Assembly (NCBI GenBank): GCA_017499595.2
Contig: CM039009.1
Coordinates: 2,232,001 to 2,296,000 of the forward strand
DNA: 64,000 nucleotides
Origin: Psilocybe cubensis
Lineage: Eukaryota
Direction of reading: 5' to 3'
Made by a program: the position numbers and the translations under genes. This document shows positions 14,140-28,670 of the stretch, in pieces. The notes beneath the pieces are model-generated. The model worked only from the letters and a program-made list of their open reading frames with translations. It was not told the origin of the DNA and did no database searches. Within the stretch, counting starts at the first letter, position 1. Every line of letters starts with the position of its first letter.

Positions 14140-15757
14140 TCACAGCATCAAGACCGCTCCCGCGAGGACGAGGACAAGCGTCATCCACACCGCAGAAGCC
14201 TCCGCACGGCCGTTCCTGGTAGCCGCGCTGACTCTCGAGCCGCCCTGCACCCACTCCCTATGCCCCGCATGGAGCTGCACAACGAACGCCTGCGCCTCCG
14301 CACTCTCCTTGCCCGCCATACCAAACGAGTGCGGGTTCACGACGGGCGTGAGCCACCCGTCCGCCGTCAGATGCGCGTAGCCGTCCAGCGCGGTGCTCGC
14401 GTTGGACGAAGGGGGCTGGCTGGTGTTCGTGCTGAATAGAGTGGACCGCGTGCGGTCGGCGTCGGCGATGTGCGAGCCGTCTTTGGTTACTAGTGCGGCT
14501 CTGTAGACGGTGCTTGCGAGCAGCGCTGTACAGGCGGCGTCGTAAAAGTTGCCAGAGGCTGTGACGGGTTGGTTAGGGTAGTTTGTGAATATATTGGTAT
14601 CATCCTAATGGAATATGTGAGATTGAGATTGAGATAAGGAGAGAGGAGACAGGGATATCGGGAACTTACGAGGTGAGGGTATACGGCGTCGTGGATTTCT
14701 TTTATCCAGCTCGCAAGGTCTTTTTGCTCGTTTTTGAACGTGTTGGAGTATTCAGAGTGCTGCATCGTGGCGAAAACCCGCAGCATCCCCGCCGCTGCCC
14801 ATCCTTGACCTATATCAAGTTGAGTTGGACAACTGATATAACAGCTAGTTGAAGGGCACCGACCTGTACACCAGAATCCGGGGTCATTCCAGTCGGCACC
14901 CAGCAAGACATGCATCCACAACCCCGTTGAATTATCACGTAGATGGCCTCGGTAAAGTTTAATTTGATTGTAGGCCTCGGCGACAAGAGTGCGGTTCCGG
15001 GTCAACACGCCATAGTAAGCGAGGAACGGTGGTACCATGTAAACAAAATCGCTCCTGCACAATTTTTTTTTCAAGAAATATAAGCAAGACGGATAAATAA
15101 CCGAGGTGGACATGTGGAGGCAATACAAGCCAAGCACGTACCATAGCTGCAGCTCAGACACCCTATGCGATATAGCACCGTCGGAGGCTCTGGGGACTTT
15201 GGTTAGGAGAAAGTCGAGTTGGTCCTTGGCTGCGCCTGCGTAATCCAACCTCCCGTCGTCTTGGTTCGTCCAATCGGCCAGCAAGACCGCCACGCCGATC
15301 GACGGTGGGTCGCCAGCACTGCCATCTGGTAGAAAGGCCTGCGGCCCAGACGTGTTGTTGTTCGCCGTTGAGCGGTTCGCGACGACCTCGTGGGCAATGG
15401 CAAAGAAAGGATCGAGTCCGTGTGTAGACGCCAGTGACGATGGAATAGTTTTAGGGGGTGGTAGAGAGGACGAAGAGAACACCGAGTATTCTGTGGCGTT
15501 AAGCTCGAGGATAGTTTGTGCGCGAGTACCGAGCTCCCAACTAGTAGTGAGATCGTTGGAAGAATTTAGACGTGCGTTTAGCTTCATAGATGTATGTCAA
15601 TGACGCACCTCATGAGCGCTGCTTCTGCCAATCTGGCGCTAACCACGCCAATTTGACCATCTGTCAGCTCTTGAGCCCCTGCCGCCGTCGCTAATAGGGT
15701 CAGACCCCATAGTAGCTTCGACGCCTTGCTACTGAGATTGCGGGTGGGATTCAACAT
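14140..15757 (-). CDS. Secreted glycoside hydrolase family 105/88-like protein (possible C-terminal TM/GPI anchor)
   Basis: Signal-like N-terminus (LLWGLTLLATAAGAQEL); SWELGTRAQ, DGSAGDPPSIG, DGAISHR..ELQLW/SDFVYMVPPFLAYYG, W.TG.GWAAAGMLRV, SAEAQAFVV; hydrophobic C-terminal tail. Confidence 0.85.
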
Positions 15758-17504
15758 CAAGGTTGTACTCCACTATGCTTGAATGGGGTTTTGAATGCTC
15801 TACGTGTCCCCACCGATAATAAAAGAAAAGATGGAGCCGTAATTGGAGATCTGGATGGCAGCGCATGTCTAATCTTGTCGCCAAATAAATAAAAAAAGGG
15901 GGGGTGCTTACTCGCGAAAAGGGGATTGGGATAGTACAACTGGCACTAAACGTCGAAGGGCATCGAGGGCGTTGAGAAAAAAGATAGGATGGAGCTGTTC
16001 CAAGATAATGACATACCGCAAGAGAATTTCAAACATGATTGTCTCCAATCAGGCCATGCACTGAAGCCGCTTAGGTTGCCGCACGGGTTCCGCAGTTTCG
16101 TCCTACGCGGTAGATGATCACGACATCGTGTGAGCCATTTATATATTCGGATCATTTACCTAACACGGCCAGGAACCTCCTATACCCAGGCCCTGAAGTA
16201 CGAGAGTTTACGAAACTTGAGCAAAAACGCTATCAATTTTATGGTCTGGCGTCTAAAGTGGCTCTATTATGGTGGACAAGTGTAGAAAAGAAATTACGCT
16301 GCGACAAAATTTTTTATGTTGCACTGCGAAAGGGGACATCTCGGAGAGCTTGGTTGGCATTCATCCAACATTCAACACAAAGGCACGGAATACTCATGGC
16401 CTGCTCGCGGCAGTATGAGCTTGAGGGTAAATATAGCTGTCTTATTCTGAGCAGAAACTCTGCTTTTTTTAATCTCAATTCATTTCACAAGGCTGCTTGA
16501 GGACGCCGGTGGTAGAATACTCATATTTCCTTGTTGACCTGGACAGGAACACCTTGCTTGGATTGTCGTTTCCGTGGATCAAAAGGTATTCTAAGCAAAA
16601 TTTAAAAAGTTTTACTTCGAATCTGATTTGAAGTTATTTGGGGACCACAGGCCGTTATGAGATCTTGAATATCATTTCGCACCATCGTCAACGAATCGTT
16701 TGGACGAGAAACCCGTCAACGCATATGGGATCAGATCTATTAATTTATTGACACGATTCGCACTGGACTGAGATGCTTGAGTATCCTATTTTTTTAATCG
16801 TTGAATACCTTGAAACATACCACTCTCAACAAATTGACTACACCACACGTAGTAGCTGTAATACAATGCGTTTTGAGGTAGACCTTACACTGACGGGTCT
16901 CTCGGAGTACGTAAACCCTCATGCCTGATTATAGCACAATAAAAATAATCAATAAGAGGATTTGTAAGAAACGGAGTTTACAGGTAAGGTACATGTCTAT
17001 ACACTCCCTGCGGCTGGCTGAAACCATTGAAAGGTGCTGTCAACGTCGGTCGGAGACAAATGTCCCAATCCAACCTCGAAACTCCGAGAAGGTCATATTT
17101 ATTAGTGTTATAGTGACAAGACAAATCTGTGCTCATTCTCCGACAATTACGCGTGCCAAACTTGCATAATCTTGCTCGAAGGGGAGTATGGATTGAAGTG
17201 AGATGAATCGGGACTCCTCGGTTAGCTTATATCCAAATCACACACCTTATACAATGTTCTATTCCTAAACAAGCAAAAAATTGGGCAAAGAAGCATTAAG
17301 CCCCTTGGCGCTCCTAGATCATGGATACGCCACGCTATGTAATTGACTTACGGAGATTCTCTCAGTTTAAGTATATTTTATGCATGTAAATCATCCTCCG
17401 TACAAAAAAAAGTTCTATTATTAGTAATGGTAATAACTTTGCCGGCAAGCTATAACGTACAACAGATAAACCTCTACAGAGCACAATGAGCACTCAAACA
17501 CCCT

Positions 17505-19206
17505 CTAAAACCATAATGTCTGTCCGATGTCGCAGACTGTGAACGCGCCGTCTTCTATACCCGCCTTCACACATTCCTTCGCAAGACCCTTAGGCGGATC
17601 GAGAGCATTTTCAGAAGTCAACGTCCACGTCCTGAACCAAAATGATTTTTTATCAGATTACATTGACATTCAACTCGTCATAGACACCTCATACGTACCC
17701 CCAGTGCATCCCAAGCGCCTTCTTCGCTTTCACGTCTTTGAAAATCATAACGCTATCCTGAGGCGCACAATGGATGCGCGACATATAATCGCGAGGAAGG
17801 TACGCTCTGCCATAACACGTCATTCAGCGACACCATCATTCACGAATCACAGGAGAAATAAGAACAAAAGCAAGCGAGACGTTTGCTCACCCAATTGGAA
17901 TCAGCGCAACGTCAAAGCCGCCAAACACTGCCCCGATATCCTTGAACGCAGGGCAAACAGGCACCTCGTCTTCGTTATCGCCGTCAAGAACCGTGCGGTA
18001 GGCGGTATCACCAGCAAAATACACTTTCGTCGGCGGCCGCGTCGCCTCACCACCACCACCACCACCACCACCATTAATTTCTCCCTGCCTAACCTCTTCA
18101 ACAGCCCACCCGGCCCACAGAGTCTTGAACGAATCGAACAGCGACCGCCCGGTAAAGTGCTGGCCAGGGGTACACGTTATGTCGACTGTAAGCGGAGGTT
18201 GGTTGGCGTCGTCCTTTGCGTCTGAATGTTGTACGACGAGCCGTTTGGATTCCCACCAGTCCATGTCGTGTGTGTGTGAGGTAGGTATGCCGAGGGATTT
18301 GAAGAAGGATGCGTTGCCGAGTGGTGCGAAGAAGTGGGGTGTGCGGGATGTACGGCGGAAGAGGGTGCGGATGGTATGTGTGTCTAGGCTGTGAAAAGAG
18401 AGGTGAAAAAGAAAGGGCGATTATGAGCGAGGAACAGGAACAGATCAAGAGAATAACACACTGGTCGTAATGGTTATGCTAACGAATTGAAAGCAAGAAG
18501 TGGTTTAGAAAGATGTTAAAAGATTATGGTTTGTTTGTTGCTCACAGAAATCACGACGGCGTCGACCTCTGGTATATCCTCTATTTTGCATGGCGGTGCT
18601 GGACAATGGGCCATGACTCGATCAACAGCTGGACAAAGAAGTCAAGAACAGTATGCAACGCACGTGTAAAGCGCTTGGGTCCTATATGCTGGCTGGGAGA
18701 GCACCGAGAACTGAAGACAGGGTCGAACAGGACTCTCACCCCTCGACCGTCTGTCGAGCCAGGCGGAGCAGGGAACTCGACAAGAAAACATGCATGCCCT
18801 AACCACGTCGTCTTAATCTTGCTGCTATTGCTTCTGTCCGTCTCCTCATCATCTTCTTTGTTCTTTCCATCGAGCGTCGCTGCTGCTGATCTACCCCAAG
18901 TAGGATTGCGGATAGGCATCAGACTCGCGATATCTTTCGGCGGAGCCGGGAAGGATGCAATCGCTGGTAGCAGCTGAATAGCAATAGAAAAGACATATGA
19001 TCTCTTACATTCACTATTTGATGAGCATGGAGACGTACATTGAGTTTATCCCGGAAACTATGTGCTCGAAAGCTCTTCCATGGATTATGGAACGACGAGC
19101 CGGCTTTGTCGACCCAATGGGGTGGTTTGTCGCCTTTAGGTGTCGGGTGTGGGTCTTTGCTGGGGTTCGAGGTGACCTTTATCAGATGATAGTCGTTAAC
19201 TGTCAT
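17505..19206 (-). CDS. N-acyl-phosphatidylethanolamine-hydrolysing phospholipase D (metallo-beta-lactamase fold, Fmp30-like)
   Basis: FHNPWKSF, TWLGHACFLVE, VLFDPVFSSRCSPSQHIGPKR, HNHYD, TPGQHFTGR, YFAGDTAY, FDVALIPIG, ALGMHWG. Confidence 0.9.
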
Positions 19207-20371
19207 AGTGAAGAAGGAAAAGTGGCTTGGGAAGTTGGTGGTAAACGTTTAAATGCGCAACTCTGGCTTAAAGCGCGCCCGAATTTAGGGGTAAGCGGAG
19301 TCTATAAACAGCCATTTCGGGATCATCCGCCTCAAGGATCGACACAATTAAATAATAAAAGCCTCCTCGGTACTCAGCCTCTCAGGTAAGGTGTGCTTGC
19401 TGTGCAGAGTTACATCATTTTTGAGGCTGAATGAGAGTATGAAGCCTTTCATTAAACCTTGAGCGGTATAAGCTTTACTTTTTCCAATTTAGTTGCAATC
19501 TGAGCACTGCTTCATTGGAAGACAATAAAGTTTCTTTCTGAAAACTCTTATTTGGAACTTTGCAAGGCAGTTCGGTCTCATCGATCCCGCATGAGCAAGC
19601 CGGTTCATGGCAGATTAATGAATACGAGTACGCATGTAGTAGCAGCGGCGCAGTAATCACGAGTCACGTCCGAAGGACGATGAAAAGTGGAACAAGTTCA
19701 AATTCTCTGAAACCCAACCTCTGAGCGGTCCGGAGCCCAACTTCGCCAAGATTGTTAATACTTCGAGTATGAGTGTAAAAACCTCTTTGTCAGTTGAGTA
19801 TCTGGATGATAATTGAATAATACATCTCCGGACCTCAAGCGGTCGTTTCAACGCAGCTTTAGTTTGACCATCAATAAAATTCCATGCGCAGCCTAGTAAG
19901 TCATTCATACTTCATAATAGGTAAAGGCGCGGCACAATACCTGTAAGGAGTACAACTCTCGCTTTCGACTTTCCAGCTGTCGCAAATACAGTACGTACGT
20001 ACACATACCAAACCCATACTGTCATCATTTCATTAAAACGGCAACTACGCCAAGCAAAGACCGACGATCCCACCTGATCGTCGTCCTCTGAATCCGGTAT
20101 AAGCTAGCTAGTACTGTAAGTGTAACACGTAAGCTATTTAGTATTTACAATTACGAAAAGGCCAACCGGCAATCATATGAAGTCATATCCTCATCTTGTC
20201 AATGGTGTAGCAAAAGCTAAAATATCCAAAGCAGAAATCTGGACTACAGTCGTATTACGTGTATCAAAGCAAATGAGAGAAGGAGAGAAGGAGGGAAGGA
20301 AAGAAAGAAAGGACACGGAATATGTCCACATTACATCACTGCAGCTGCAGCCTAGCACTGACATCGAAGTA

Positions 20372-22327
20372 TCATGGAATATCGAGCCTCACAGAAGATG
20401 TGAAGGGACCATCAGGCGCGCTGTGACATATCTGCACAGAAGAAATCGTATGCGTCGCGTCGCCCACACAACCCGCTCCACCACCACCAGCAACCCCACC
20501 CGCACCCGCACCGCTGGTGCTATACACCGTCACATTCAACATAATCGCGCTCTGCTGCTGCTGCTGCTGCTGTTGATGATGATGATAATAATGCTGGTGC
20601 TGGTGCTGGTGCTGCATCTGCTGCTCTGCCGACAACGCCTTCTTCAGCACTGTCGACGACGGTGGCGGCGGCGGCCCAGGGTCGATCCCACTGCGCAATG
20701 GCGCGGTGAACGTGTTGAACTGCGGGTTACTTTCAATTAAACCATAGAATAACATCAAACATGGGCACATGCTGAGGCATGGGGGTGCAGGAGCAAGGGT
20801 AATGGTAATGGTGCACTACCCACCGATTGGTCGAGTGCGATGTCGGGTACGATGGGGCGCTCGAGTTCAGCGCGCAGCGATTGGCGCGAGTTGAGGGTCT
20901 GTATGGTAGAGGTGGGATGGGATAAGATAAAGGGTTGAGCTTTTTGTTTCTTGAGTAGATCAGGAGAGGGGGTGTAGTCACCATTAGTAGGGTGTTTCTG
21001 ACCGACAAGCGACCGATCCATTTTAGCGACGAAAAGCGAGAGACGGCCCAGCAAACATGGCTCACGTATATATCCTTCCCATCGGCTGAGAAAAGGCTGT
21101 GTATTAGTACACACGCACCACACCAAGAGGAATGGAAGCGAGGCTCACGAAAGCGAACACGACATGAAAGTTCGTATCTTGCAATAGCGTCTACGCCGAA
21201 TATTCATGAGTAATCATCAAGTTCATTGGAGGCGATAAGTGACGTACGAATGTAATCAGATCCAATATCTGATTATAGGATTATCAAAACGCGAACAACC
21301 AAAAAACAATTGAATCAGTCAGAACACTAAATCCGTTCAGGGTAAGGTAGACATCTTACGCAAAAAGAAGCACCGAAAGCCGCCGTCTCAATAGAGGATC
21401 GGATTAACCGACAGATGACGTTGTTGCTTGCTTGTTGAAAATTTTAGGATCCTGCTGAATTTTTGAAATGACAAAGTTACGCACATTTTTGACCGGTTCT
21501 GCTCTTCCACAAGTACCAAGACAGAAGCAGCCTGATGATTGTGTGAGGGTATAAGAATGTGGATGTGAAGCGACGGAACGCACGTTATGCTGACGTCGGT
21601 GGCTACGGCCGTTATTTGCCATGCATCGACAAACGGGATCAGTTGTCTGTAAGACCCGATTCTGAGCAACCCTGTTTAGTTAACGCACAATACGGATGAG
21701 AACGGTATTATACAAACAGACCGTGGTACATGGAAAGCTGCTACAGAGCAGACCAATCCCAGAGTCGCCTGTGCGACAGCCATGGCCACCAGCACAGAAA
21801 AGACCCGAGTCGAGCGGGAAAACTGGCGTATACGCCAGGAGAGGTATATTTGGATCGGAAAGGATGTCCTTTGAATAGACAACGATTAAATCAAGATACA
21901 TCATCGATTGTGTGTGGTCCCAAGATAGGTACGCGTCGGCGATTACACACAGAAACGAAAAAAGACTTACATGGTCGTCACAATCGGCGTTGATGAAAAC
22001 GGCCACAGGACAGTCGATAGGAAAGACGGATCATTGAAGTGGACGACGACATACTCCCAGATCATGTACGATAGTGCACTGGTATGGAAGGTGTCCAAAA
22101 GTAGCGTCCAGGCGACAAGCAACCTGAAAAGATTTGCGTATGGTAAGCTGATGGTACACACAGGTGGAGTAAAGGGTGTGCTGTAACCTGATTATGGCCG
22201 TGTCCCTCGCCCGGCTTTCCCAGTAATAGCAAAATTGTAGCACACAAATCCCGTAAAGAAAGGCGTTGAAGACGACAGAAAATACCATTGGCCCGAGAAC
22301 GAGCGTGACGTCGACTTGGTGGCCCAT
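20372..22327 (-). CDS. DUF6534-type multi-pass membrane protein with low-complexity Q/H/G C-terminal tail
   Basis: LGPMVFSVVFNAFLYGICVLQFCYYW, LLLDTFHT, TM exons, and TLNSRQSLR after the last helix. The 3' exon structure is uncertain. Confidence 0.75.
20550..20620. repeat. Coding microsatellite (CTG)n/(ATG)n/(CTGGTG)n encoding poly-Q/H
   Basis: ctgctgctgctgctgctgctg, gatgatgatgat and tgctggtgctggtgctggtgctg runs. Confidence 0.8.
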
Positions 22328-23345
22328 TCTCAACCACTGCTGGCAGAACCAGAGCTCCGCTCTGAGAGACGACGATGAAGAGGGAAGAAGAAGGAATAAC
22401 TGGCACACTGACATGGCCAGCGGTTCTTATCTTCATTTCGGGTGTAGTGCACCATGCCTTGGGCACTGGGGGAAACAATAAATAATTTAGACCAGTTTGG
22501 GGTTCTGCGACCTATGTATGTAATTGGGGTTCAGGAGATCGACACTATGAATCTATCAGGCATAAGTCCGAACTCGTGGGGCGACCCGGGTACTTACGAA
22601 ACATGTTGAAGAAATCAAATGCACAACAAATCCGAACAAGGCCTGCTTCTGTCACCTGCGCATTCAATTAGGGACATATAACGGCGAAATAAAAATGAGA
22701 GAGCGACAAATATGACTGTGAAGTGGTGCGCTATGGAAGAAAACATACCGTAGCAGGAAATGAAGAACAACGCGTGTGCAACACATGTAAGTAGATTTAT
22801 GACGGGTTGTGTGATTCGCCAGAGGGTGCTTCTGATATCGTTATCGATAATCTCTAGAGGCTGGCCGGAATTAGGCAGCTATGCGCATCCTTGCGGGGTG
22901 GAGAGTGTCAAAGTGAATAATAAATTGAATCCAGAGGCCAGGGCCTGTAAAACGCGTCCATTTGGTCAAAAACAAGTTGAAGAGCGTCGGTCAGCTGCTG
23001 GCCGGTCAGATCCGAGTCTGTTCAAGGAAACTAATTGAGCGGGGATAGAAAAACGGAACATTCGGCCCTCGGCACGAGGTGCTGCGCAGAGTCTGGATAT
23101 CTACCTATCTGCCAATGCTCTCTAGACATATTAACCATACATTGACATCCAAATTATGTGTTATTACCCCTGGAGCAGGGTTTTACGGAGCCTTGTGGTA
23201 AATTTCCCATTTCACCGATGGGAGTCAGAAAAAGGAGTTGCCTGCCAAAATCGGCAGTTTTAATGTGCCAGGCTGACTAATCCTGTGTGCAGTCTCCGTC
23301 AGCCCTGGGTCTCGTTGTTCAAGCCTTCCTTCAAAACTATCACAG

Positions 23346-24628
23346 ATGGCAGACAAAAAGGTGAGATTGGGCAGTTTATATCCTATTGGATGCTCACTGA
23401 CGATGTATCTCAGGCTTCCAACGCCAACGCCAACAAAACGGCGATGTCTCGCGCCCTAGGCGCTGCTTTCTTGAGTCACCAAGTCGAACAGCTCGAGAAA
23501 ACAGTGTCTTCGTCTTCTGCGAACTGGAGAGACAGGAAGAACCCTATTTTGTATAATTCCAATGGTCCCGGCGGTCCCAAGCGAGGGTCAAACTCTCCCG
23601 GAATCAAAGTTGCCCAACGGAAGATCCCTGCAAAGGAACGGAAAGACAACGAGTTCGATCGAAGTGTCAATGCTGCCCCGGGGATCATAAGGAGGTCATA
23701 CGAGGAGCAAAGAAAGGACAAGGATGCCGATGTTGTAGTTGTCGATGCCAGTGTCCTTATCCATGCATTGTATCAGGTCAAGAAGTGGTGCAGAGAAGGT
23801 CGGGAAGAGGTTATCATTGTGCCTCTCGAAGGTCTGTCTCCCTATCTTTCGGATCACACAATTGAACTAATCCAATCCTTCGTAGCTCTCAATACACTCG
23901 ACCTTTTGAAGAAAGGTACATCATCTTTGGCCCAAAAGGCTCGCACAGCGTCTCGAATTCTTGAAGCCCAAGTCGGGACCAACCCGCGGATCCGTGTACA
24001 GAGAGACGATGCATTCGTTTTATGGGACAAGATATCCTTCAACAGCGAGGGAACCGAGTCGTCTCCAACCAACTCCAACGTCAACTCCTGCCCGGAGTGG
24101 GTTCGCCGGATCATCTGCTGTGCTCGCTGGGAAACCGAGCACCCTGAAGAGGAACTGAAACCTGTACATGCCGAGAAGCTAGCCCCGATGAAAGTCGTAC
24201 TCGCCGTATTGTCGACCCTGCCGAATATGTCCCCCCAGTCCATGGCCATGAACATCGCCTCGTCCGCAGAAGCACCGCTGACGCCCGTCCCGCTGCCCGC
24301 TCCCACCGCAACGCATGCGAACCGGTACGAGGCTCGGTCCACCGGATCTCTGGTCGCTTCTTGGGCCGCAAAGGCCGGTATCTCCCTCCTCGAGGTCGAC
24401 CCCGCTCTCCCTGGCCGCGGTGGCGAGGACGACGACCGTGGTCATGGCCAGAAACGCTCGCAGGGTTCGAATCGTGGCCGCCGACCGTCCACGAGTGACT
24501 CACATGGACCCAAGTCCGGACTTGTGGAGCGCCCACCAGCTGTCATGGCCATGATGGAAATGATATCTCAACCTAGCAAGGTCGTACGCGTTTTGGCTCG
24601 CGGTGAGAAATTGGACCCAGATCCGTGA
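23346..24628 (+). CDS. PIN-domain protein
   Basis: MADKK micro-exon, then VVVVDASVLIHAL...VIIVPLE/ALNTLDLLKKG...ARTASRILE, matching the PIN (PIN_4-like) core. Confidence 0.75.
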
Positions 24629-25545
24629 TAGATAAGGACCATTTCAAGTGTACGTCCATCGTTCACATCTTTTTTGTCCCGGTTTTGCCTGACTGATCTG
24701 TTAAAATCTCTCTGTGTGTGCTTGTATAGATAACAGAATAACACCCAAATCTTAGAAAGGGCCGAACACTTTCCCCTATCAGGAGCCCAGCGGCGGGTAG
24801 AGCCATGTATGAAAGCCACAGCGTATACTCGTCTGCAACGTCAAGACACCGTGCCCCGTATATTTTTCACGAAATGGGCGTTCGCATTCGTTTCGAAGCT
24901 TGGTTTTCTTTTTTACATACGGACGTGATTCGATGAGCATCGTCTTCCCCCTTTCAGGACTGATCCCCACACCCCCCGGTTACGGTTTAACGGTTTACGG
25001 TATTCCAGTTTGGATACTCTTTCAGTTCCTGTTTCTCTCTACCCTTTCCTCGCTTACTAGGCTTCTCGTCTACATCTCTTCTGGCTGTATGATCGATGGT
25101 ACATCTAGTGGGACAGGGGTGCTGATCGGTGTAATCCCATCTTGTATATTCCATGTATCATTGTGTCTTACTTCTATGCAGCGCGATTCTTTTTTTCTTT
25201 TCCTTAGTCCCTCTTATCTTTTTTAATTTTCTTGAATATGACATGTTACCTTTTGTCTTTGAATAGACTATTTGGTTGTACGATTTTTCATTAGTGCGTA
25301 ATCTGCTTCTTTTCAATGTGACTTTATTAAGGTTCAGAGCAACTCGATGACAAGATTCGAATCCATCCGTCAGTCAGTCAATAGAAATGTATGTATAGGG
25401 TGGAGCGGGAAAGACCGAATAATGAAGCATCTACATAGAACAACTGTATCGAAAGCCAGACAAAAAAACACGGGTGAATCCAAGATCGAAAGCAAATGGC
25501 ATAAATAACCAATAGGATGGACTTTGAGGGTAGAACGGTTACTAG

Positions 25546-28500
25546 TTAAATGTTAAGCTTTAGTTTTTTTGAGCTGCCAGTGGCACGACTGGCAGCCTGA
25601 GAAGACGACCCCAGATCGACTCTTCTCTTCCTCTTCCCTGTCCTCCCGGAATTTTGCAGAGGGTCCTGCAGGCCCTGGAGGAAGTCTATAGGTGACATGC
25701 GCCGCGTTATCTGTTTGATCAGCGACATGTTGAGGCTGGCGATGGGGTGCCCATCTTGGTCTGGGTCTTCGTCGATGCACCGTTTGAGGTTGGTGTCGGC
25801 GGGGAAGGAGGCGACGACGCGCAGGAGACTGTATTTCCCTGCGTCAGCCCGACGGCGAGGAAGACCGAGGAGACGCTCGTGGATCTCGTTGACTAGGTCT
25901 GGATAGCTCGTTGGAGAGAAATGTTTCCCGTCCTGTATAGATCGAAGCAACCAACGTCAGGGCACAGAAACCAATCGATAATCAGCATTTTGGCTACTAT
26001 GAAAGCTCAGGATCTATTGAGAAGGTGCGCAGCATACCTTGTCTAAGAAGAAATACGATGGGGTGACGCTTCGCATCGATTTGCGCAGGTTAGGTCTCGA
26101 CAGTGTCCCGTTCTTGCCTAGCGAGTATTTGGCCTGCAGTACGACCCAGATAAGCGAACCGTCAGATAACCTCAGGACAAATACGAGATCGGGGCCCATC
26201 GAGATATGAGGGAAGCAAATTGGGGTATATGAATTGTGTCCCAGCCAGCTCGAGGTGTCTTCAGGCGATTTGGCATTCGTGCCCAGTGTGACGGACGGCC
26301 CGAAGAACTGCGAGTGCCTTACTGCGCTCTCCTCGATAGTGTCGAGGTCTGTCCTATGCAGCGCAACGAGCTCAGCTTCAAGCGAGCTCCACGCAGGCGC
26401 CGCGCCGTACCCTATCCCAGAAAAATGGAACACCTCATTAACGCGCCGTCTGCTGGAGAAGAGCAGGTCAATGCAGAACGCGATGTAATTTTCGAAGCCG
26501 TTCGAGGACGGATCGTGGAGGTGGATCTGTTTGGCGAAGTATTTGTAGCTTGTGCGGTGGTTGGCGTTGATCCACCCCGTGGCTGCAAGCAGAACGAGTG
26601 GCTCGTCGACGGCGACGGTTTTGGTGTCCGAGTCCACGAAGCGGGCGAATCCGTATTCGACGTAAATCGCTTCATCTTTACCGAGAGTAAGTGGCAAGAC
26701 AGATCGCATGAGGTAATGTGTCGTCAGTTGCTGGATTGTAGTCAGCATGTCGCTGTCTAGTCATTGATTAGAACTGCAATATATCACACTATTGAATTGA
26801 ATGACATACTTTTCTTCAACTTTGAGAAATCTAATTTGTATTGAGAAAGAACCGGCAACGCCTCTTTGCCCTCTTGCTTGACGAACATGGATGCGTCGGT
26901 TACATTAAAGTTGGCAAAATGTTGGACATAGGCGTTCAGTAGGCCATGTGGTCTTTTCAGCCCATTCAAGAGCAGTTCAGACACATAACCTGCAGTAAAT
27001 CGATATCTGAGTGTTCATTAAGCAGGGGCAATCATGGCACTGGAAAATTGAAGGGCAAACCTTCCGTGCAACCAGTACCATATCCTTTCTACCAGACGCA
27101 CGCCAGCATTCGAATCAAGGAGGCTTTGTGGCAGGTATTTCTGTAGATATCGAACCTGGACCTCTTTATGATCGAATGCACCCGTATCAGAGCACCATCT
27201 ATACCTCGAGTCCTTCATGATGGCTGAAGCCATAGCCTGATCGACAACATCTTTTGAGATTCCAGTTCCTGCGACAACCATGAACACGCCTTGCCCGAAA
27301 GACTGGCCTTCCCAGGCTTTGACAACCTCGCGCAGGATCGGACGGTGTGCGCCGTTCTGATCAGAGCGGAACGAGCTGTTGTGCTGGGTGGCTGCGTGCT
27401 GGGCTTCATCAAGCACGCAGAACAGGGGCGTCTGCGCAGTATCCGAAGTTGACATCTGCGAACCACTATCACTAATTTCATTGAAATTACCACCTGCAGG
27501 GCTGCTCTGCGGATGGTAGTTGTCTATTTGCGAGCACAAGCTCCGCACGTTGGCAAGCAGCGTTTTCGTCCTGCCATTCAGGAAACTATCGGATGCTCCC
27601 GAGAGTTTGGAAGACAGCTCGTCGAAAATATCCCAAACTTGCGGGTGGACGAACGAAGGCCGGAGTTGGAGGAGCAGCCAGCGTGCTTTGTACGTTCTAG
27701 AGTCTTGATTTGCGGCCCTGTTGGTGAGTTGGTTCATTTTAATGCTGTTGTTCATGGTTTCAGCAAAAGAGTTGAAGATGATCAGACGGGCGAGAAATAT
27801 TTGGCGAAATAACCGGTTGGCAATTTCGCGATTAGTTTTGAGTGCGGATTCATACCCCGCGGAACCGGGTGGGGGTAGAACAGATCGGAATCTGGGGGAA
27901 TCGGGGACATGTGTTTGGATACTATTCTGCACATCGCTAGATCCAAGGAGACTGGAATCTACCAGAGATGTAAAGTAGAAACCCCAATTCTCACATAATC
28001 CCTCAAGCAAAAGACGTGTCTTTCCAGAGCCAGACGTGTTCACAAGAAACCTAGGAACCCCAAAGATGAAATTGTTGTCGCTTCACAAGAAAGAAACGAC
28101 GAACGTGTGATTGTTGGGCATGAATACATTCTTGAGACGCTTTTCCAGCATTGGATCGTTTTTAAAACTTCCAAGATCGTGCAATAGTAGATTTGGCTTT
28201 CCCTTCAGGCAAGGAATCTTCAAGTTCGTGAGATGCGAGGATACTGCGGAATCGACAAAATCTGGAGTCCATATAGGCAGCGTAATTTCTCCGTCGACTA
28301 GCTTTTTCATGGTGGGATGTAATTCTGAAAGAATTACGCGTATGTCTGCTTCGATGGACGCGTCTTTGTTAACAGAATGTTTCAAGGGCTTTTCTATGAC
28401 ATTAATCAGCCAACGCTTGGTTAAAAGCCACTGACACGCACGTTTCCAATTCCTTATGACATCGTAGATACCACTTGAGTGGGCAGACTGGAGAGCAATG

Positions 28501-28670
28501 AATAGATCGTCGTCATCTACCAGCGCGCTGATACAATCCTGCAAACTAGCACGGTCTGTATGCCTTTCCTTCCATATACACCATAGGATGTACGAGGCTT
28601 CTTCCCGAACCTCAACGTCGAATTTCGAACATAAGTTGTGTATTTCTTGGTCTGTGAGGGCCTGCTTCAT
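25546..28670 (-). CDS. P-loop NTPase + PD-(D/E)xK nuclease-fold protein (Crinkler CR-NTPase/CR-REase-like), 4 exons
   Basis: Walker A NTSGSGKTRLL, Walker B PLFCVLDEAQ; C-terminal GFENYIA...MGPDLVFVLRLSDGSLIWVVLQAKY (E..PD..QxK); basic tail GKRKRR/KKLKL. Confidence 0.75.

Noticed and set aside
15800-17450. Short ORFs in the GH105-NAPE-PLD intergenic region
   Set aside because: No motifs or coherent splice pattern; treated as promoter/intergenic sequence.
17527-18225. 232-aa plus-strand ORF and similar antisense ORFs throughout the window
   Set aside because: Shadow frames opposite well-supported genes.
19475-20030. Protein-like minus-strand ORFs with possible introns
   Set aside because: Could be a gene fragment, but I could not build a coherent model or assign a family.
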